In this document: piece by piece, positions 62,596-64,000 of the stretch
Position numbering within the stretch: position 1 is the first letter of the stretch
How the letters are laid out: each line of letters opens with the position of its first letter
Source: Candidatus Methylacidiphilales bacterium
Lineage (GTDB): Bacteria; Verrucomicrobiota; Verrucomicrobiia; Methylacidiphilales; Verrucolacustridaceae
Assembly (NCBI GenBank): GCA_040397425.1
Contig: JBBAWA010000001.1
Span: 12,696-76,695, forward strand
DNA: 64,000 nt
Reading direction: 5' to 3'
Notes under the pieces: model-generated
Seen by the model: only the letters and a program-made list of their open reading frames with translations
Database searches by the model: none
Told to the model about the DNA's origin: nothing
Position numbers and translations under genes: made by a program

Positions 62596-63279
62596 ATGAA
62601 GCCACAAGAGCTAGAGCAGGTTCTTGCCCACCACTACGTCTGGCTCAAATCAAGCGGTAGCGAAGGGACCAGCGCCAGCCTGCATGGGGCCGACCTGCAA
62701 CGGGCCAACCTGCGCGACGCCGACCTGTACGGGGCCAACCTGCACGGGGCCGACCTGTACGGGGCCAGCCTGCAACGGGCCAGCCTGCATGGGGCCGACC
62801 TGCAACGGGCCAACCTGCACGGGGCCAACCTGCACGGGGCCGACCTGCGCGACGCCGACCTGCACGGGGCCAGCCTGCAACGGGCCAACCTGCACGGGGC
62901 CAACCTGCACGGGGCCGACCTGCGCGACGCCGACCTGCATGGGGCCAACCTGTACGGGGCCAACCTCAGCGGCGCCGACCTCCGCGGCGCCGTCGGGATT
63001 CCTGTTGCCCTTGACAGTGATTACCGCTTGCGGGCAGTCGCTGCAGTGGCGACGGCCAACCAAGACGGGCTCCATATGCAGTCGTGGCATACGTGCCCAA
63101 CAACGCATTGTATTGCTGGCTGGGCAATCCACTTGGCCGGCGAGCCAGGGCGGCTACTGGAGGAAATGCACGGCCCTGAACTCGCCGGGCGCATGTTGCT
63201 CGGCCATGAGGCCGCATTGCATTTCCATGACTCCGACGAGGATGCCCGCGCCTGGCTGCTTTCAGTGCTTGACAGTTGA
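62596..63279 (+). CDS. Pentapeptide repeat protein with C-terminal HCIAGW domain
   Basis: About 20 A[DNS]Lxx repeats; WHTCPTTHCIAGWAIHLAG. Confidence 0.92.
   Translation: MKPQELEQVLAHHYVWLKSSGSEGTSASLHGADLQRANLRDADLYGANLHGADLYGASLQRASLHGADLQRANLHGANLHGADLRDADLHGASLQRANLHGANLHGADLRDADLHGANLYGANLSGADLRGAVGIPVALDSDYRLRAVAAVATANQDGLHMQSWHTCPTTHCIAGWAIHLAGEPGRLLEEMHGPELAGRMLLGHEAALHFHDSDEDARAWLLSVLDS
62674..62990 (+). repeat. 15-bp unit tandem array (pentapeptide repeats)
   Basis: GCCRRCCTG-N6 units, highly similar at DNA level. Confidence 0.9.
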
Positions 63280-63283
63280 CCGC

Positions 63284-63315
63284 GGCCCGCCCGGAGCCTA
63301 TCCGGGCATTCCATT
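63284..63315 (+). repeat. Intergenic hairpin repeat, copy 2
   Basis: Identical 32 bp to copy 1. Confidence 0.95.
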
Positions 63316-63332
63316 CCTTCGCACGACAGACC

Positions 63333-63713
63333 ATGAACCTTCAGGAGGTTCTCGCAAACGATGTAGGCGGGGCCGCAGGGCCAGGCAGCTACTATTGCCC
63401 GACTAAACACGACTACATGAGCCAGGTGCCGGTTGTGGATGACCACGATCGGCGGCTGAGAGAAGTAGTCAAGACTGTTTTGGCCTCGCCAGACCGTCTT
63501 CAGATGGAATCCTGGCACTCCGACTGTGGCACAAACCACTGCATTGCCGGATGGGCTATCCATCTAGCCGGGGAGGAGGGAGCCAGGCTGGAGGCACTCA
63601 ATGGCCCCGAGATAGCCGGTTACATCCTGCTGGGTCCCGAGGCCAAAGGCTATTTCTACAGCAAGAAAGAACATGCTATCCCCTGGCTTCTCCAGGTCCT
63701 GGTTCGTCCCTGA
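63333..63713 (+). CDS. HCIAGW-domain protein without pentapeptide repeats
   Basis: LQMESWHSDCGTNHCIAGWAIHLAGEEG; paralogous to the C-terminus of 62596. Confidence 0.85.
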   Translation: MNLQEVLANDVGGAAGPGSYYCPTKHDYMSQVPVVDDHDRRLREVVKTVLASPDRLQMESWHSDCGTNHCIAGWAIHLAGEEGARLEALNGPEIAGYILLGPEAKGYFYSKKEHAIPWLLQVLVRP

Positions 63714-63743
63714 CCGGAGCCTATCCGGGCATTCCATTGCATC
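63714..63743 (+). repeat. Intergenic hairpin repeat, copy 3 (5'-shortened)
   Basis: CCGGAGCCTATCCGGGCATTCCATTGCATC. Confidence 0.92.
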
Positions 63744-63752
63744 ATCTTCACC

Positions 63753-64000
63753 ATGGAAAACATCGTCATCAGTGGAGTGGAATACACTCCAGCCCAGAAG
63801 CACGGTTCCCGTGCGGTCATTGTCGTCGATCGCGGATGGATCTTCGCAGGTGATGTTCAGCGCATTGACGGGCGCATCAAGCTCACACGTTGTGTGTGGG
63901 TGTTTAGGTGGGTTCAGTGCGGCTTTGCCGCCGTAGTGGAAGATCCGTCCAAGGCGGACATCCGCCCTTTCGCGGACATTGACATTCCGGCTGGCGCCGA
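63753..64000 (+). CDS. Hypothetical phage protein (3'-truncated by window edge)
   Basis: MENIVISGVEYTP...VIVVDRGWIFAG...FRW...GF, open to the end. Confidence 0.75.
   Translation, partial: MENIVISGVEYTPAQKHGSRAVIVVDRGWIFAGDVQRIDGRIKLTRCVWVFRWVQCGFAAVVEDPSKADIRPFADIDIPAGA

Larger units (their letters stand above)
1..64000. mobile_element. Tailed bacteriophage genome segment (siphovirus-like, probable cyanophage)
   Basis: TerL, portal, DUF2213 protease/scaffold, major capsid, tail tube, TAC frameshift, tape measure, lambda-like L/K/I-J/M, endolysin and primase-helicase; no host housekeeping genes. Confidence 0.97.

Noticed and set aside
62624-63406. Cys-rich (CTGPT)n ORF and reverse-strand repeat ORFs
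   Set aside because: Alternative frames of the 15-bp pentapeptide array; the A(D/N)L frame is the known family and has a proper start and paralog.
62552-63743. CRISPR array
   Set aside because: Repeats are 32 bp and palindromic, but the intervals are about 400-700 bp and contain whole genes; no cas genes.

Overview
The whole window is a tailed dsDNA phage (siphovirus-like), most likely infecting Synechococcus/Cyanobium-type picocyanobacteria. Host clues are the 'Cyano SP'-type class I RNR, an NblA-like protein, pentapeptide-repeat and RTX-like genes, and weak Shine-Dalgarno usage. Layout: small early genes, adenine methylase, RNR alpha/beta, PAPS-reductase-like and phosphoesterase genes (1-7.8 kb); terminase large subunit on the minus strand (8.4-9.8 kb); head module with an embedded glycosyltransferase/oxygenase/methyltransferase cluster (10.3-22 kb); lambda-like tail plus many fibre/spike genes (22-48.6 kb); lysis, ThyX, dCTP deaminase, exonuclease and Sak-like recombinase (48.6-56 kb, mostly minus); primase-helicase, TerS-like gene and a repeat-delimited array of accessory genes (56-64 kb). 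No integrase, DNA polymerase, reverse transcriptase or CRISPR array was seen. Best leads: (1) a second programmed -1 frameshift (CCCAAAG plus hairpin) in a head-module gene; (2) a tRNA-like fold whose two halves bracket the PAPS-reductase-like ORF; (3) a probable virion-glycosylation system with Ser-Gly-rich surface proteins; (4) R-x-D motifs at domain boundaries of head proteins, suggesting protease-released cargo; (5) a hairpin repeat separating accessory genes like cassettes. All family calls come from recognising motifs by eye, not from database searches.
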